DNA from: Ptychomitrium polyphyllum
Taxonomy: Eukaryota
DNA: 64,000 nucleotides
Assembly: GCA_973851085.1 (NCBI GenBank)
Contig: OZ316776.1
Coordinates: 14,632,001-14,696,000, forward strand
Direction: 5' to 3'
Position numbers and translations under genes: made by a program. Below the pieces are notes generated by a model, which did not search any database, was not told the DNA's origin, and saw nothing but the letters and a program-made list of their open reading frames with translations. This document shows positions 61,850 through 64,000 of this stretch, one piece after another. Every line of letters starts with the position of its first letter. The stretch's first letter is position 1.

Positions 61850-64000
61850 TCACCTCCTTCTTCAGCAATGAGTTCCATGTAGAACTCTTCTTATGACTTG
61901 CTTGTCACATCTCTACAAATTCCAAAATTTATCAAAGAAGAGAAGCAACATATTGTACTTGTTGTTCTTTGTCCACTAGTTCAACTAGTCTTTACAAAAA
62001 GTGCTAATAACTCCCAGCCAAGACTTTTATTATTAAAATGTTCCAGTCTAAGACTTGATCTTGATTAAGTCCTTCAAAACATCTTCCAAACAGGATCTTA
62101 GGTCATCCAAGAGTAAGTCTTCTAATTTTTAACAAGATGACTAGAGCTTGAGTATCTAAATCAAGACTAGAATGTGAAGCGCAACTAGCCAATACTTCTG
62201 TAAAAGGTTGCACTTGACATTGGAATGTCTCTCTCATATCTTATAGATGATCCTCCAATATACAAGGTTGAAAAAATTGAATTGGTTCAACAGATGTTGC
62301 TACTGAAGAAGGCACTGCCAATTGCTCTTCCCACATATCCATGATAACACAAAGATTTGATATACTAGCTAGGATCTGAAGATGATCTATCTTGGAAACA
62401 ATGTTGCATACAATTAGAGGTTTGAATATTTCTCCTCCCTTCTAGTACTTGTCTATGGAAAAAACTTCTCCGTGAAGCTAACAACTATTGATAATACGTC
62501 ATTATTGACCTAGTTTATGAGGATATCTTTGATGAAATTTCCATACCTTATTAAATGTGTTTGTTATGTTCATTGAAAGTTCCATGTTTGATCATTGATG
62601 CCATATTCTTGCCAATGTATAAGATAATCGAGACTTCCATTCTTGATGCATAAATCTAAGATCTCTTCAATTTCATTTTTTGTTTCATTATTGATTTCCA
62701 CCATATGAGGCAAAGGGACAATTGTCCCAGGTATACATAACTTGTTGTAGATTTTTAACAACAATACGCAGAATACTAGATGAATTTGCATGGTTGGTGG
62801 TAGTTTGAGGTGATAACTGACAAGATTTGCTGATTTTAAATGGTCCCAGCCTTTCATAGTCCAGCTTTTTGGATAGTCTTTTTGTTTTTATGTTTTGTTG
62901 TAAGAGCCATACGCTATTTTCAACCTTGAACTTTGGATGGTCCTTTTGATGACAATCTGCATAAGTTTTGTAATAATCTTGAGCTTGTTGTAGATGGAAA
63001 GCAAGTTCTTGGTGGATTTTAGCAAGTTGAGTTGCAAAATCTTCTACTGCAGGACTTCCAACATACTTGGCTTGAAATGGGTTTGCTTGAAGATGATGGT
63101 TGCAATTTGCAAAGAATGGACTTTGAATTATTGAAGAATGCATCATATTGTTGTAAGTAAACTCTGCCAAAGGCAAGAGGTCCATCTAGTTGTTTTGCTG
63201 GTAATTTATGCTACATCAAAGGTACTACTCCAAAATTTTATTCACACATTTGGTTTGACCACCAGTTTATAGATGGCGTGCTGAAGAAAGGTTGATCTTC
63301 ATGCGCAATAGCTCAGAGAGAGTCATCAAAAAGTTGAAAATAAACAACGGCCCTTAATTGGATACAATATCATATAATAGTCCATGTATGCGGTAGACAT
63401 AATTTAGGAACAACTTACTAGTTTCTTCTCCCATTATCGTCTTTGTTGCATGGAATGAAATGTGCCATCTTGGTTATCAATCCACCACTACCAAAATAGG
63501 ATCATTAGAATCAAAATATGGAAGGTTTGTGATAAAATTCATTGATAATGACAACCATGCATTTTTAGGCATTGAAAGCGGATGGAAGAGGTTATGGGGT
63601 TGGTGTCATGGAACCTTACCTTTGACCATATGTTGCATAATCAAACAAACTCCTTCACATATTTCCACATTTGTAGCCACCAATAGTCTCTAGCAATCAT
63701 CTCTATTGTTTCATTGAATTTCCTACTGTTGGAAAATCATGACAAACTTGAAGGATCTTCAATTGCATGGAATCTAGAGGTGGTACAAATATCTTTTATA
63801 ATAAAGTGGGCCCTCTTGGAATTCAAAGTCCTCATCGCTATTTCAAGGATCTCCATTGTTTTTGAGGTGCCTCCTAAAATTTGAAACAAAGACATTATTC
63901 TTCAAGGCCCTCCAAATTTTGTCACGATGGAATATTGTTGTGATAATTATTACTTTTGTTTGAAGATTTTGTGGCTTCAATAAAACAATAATTTCTTGAC
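61850..64000 (-). mobile_element. Degenerate Ty3/gypsy chromovirus internal region: integrase, chromodomain and 3' spacer; continues beyond the window
   Basis: LLPLAEFTYNN...SPFFAN, KTYADCHQK, VWLLQQNIKTKRLSKKLDYERLGPFKI (GPY/F), YHLKLPPTMQIHLVF, chromodomain EIEEILD...YLIHWQEYGINDQTW; upstream FIPCNKT..GEETSKLFLNYVYRIHGL. Multiple stops and frameshifts. Confidence 0.9.

Overview
Eukaryotic (land-plant) nuclear DNA: moderately GC-rich, spliced genes separated by very AT-rich intergenic DNA full of decayed retroelement fragments. The gene and repeat style suggests a moss such as Physcomitrium; this is an inference, not a database match. Supported genes: a 4-exon gene of unknown function (12255-13968,+), two intronless L-type lectin receptor kinases arranged head-to-head (17388-19628,- and 25963-28224,+), a kinase pseudogene fragment, a 4-exon FAD-dependent monooxygenase (31780-33362,-), an F-box protein (34851-36128,-), a 9-exon SMUG1-family uracil-DNA glycosylase (44022-46891,+) and a PYR/PYL ABA receptor (55393-55992,+). 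The right end holds the degenerate 3' half of a Ty3/gypsy chromovirus with PPT and LTR; related LTR fragments occur at about 10.75, 50.1 and 50.8 kb. The most striking feature is that the two LecRKs share a 1102-nt inverted tract that is nearly identical except for a 44-nt island at the predicted lectin specificity loop. Recombination across it would invert both promoters and ectodomains and make in-frame chimeric receptors. Also notable are the SMUG1 gene (a family I do not know from Arabidopsis-type angiosperms), a 14/42/84-nt higher-order ACATG minisatellite, a perfect 28-bp hairpin, a twin hairpin with complementary loops, and a candidate spliced micropeptide gene.
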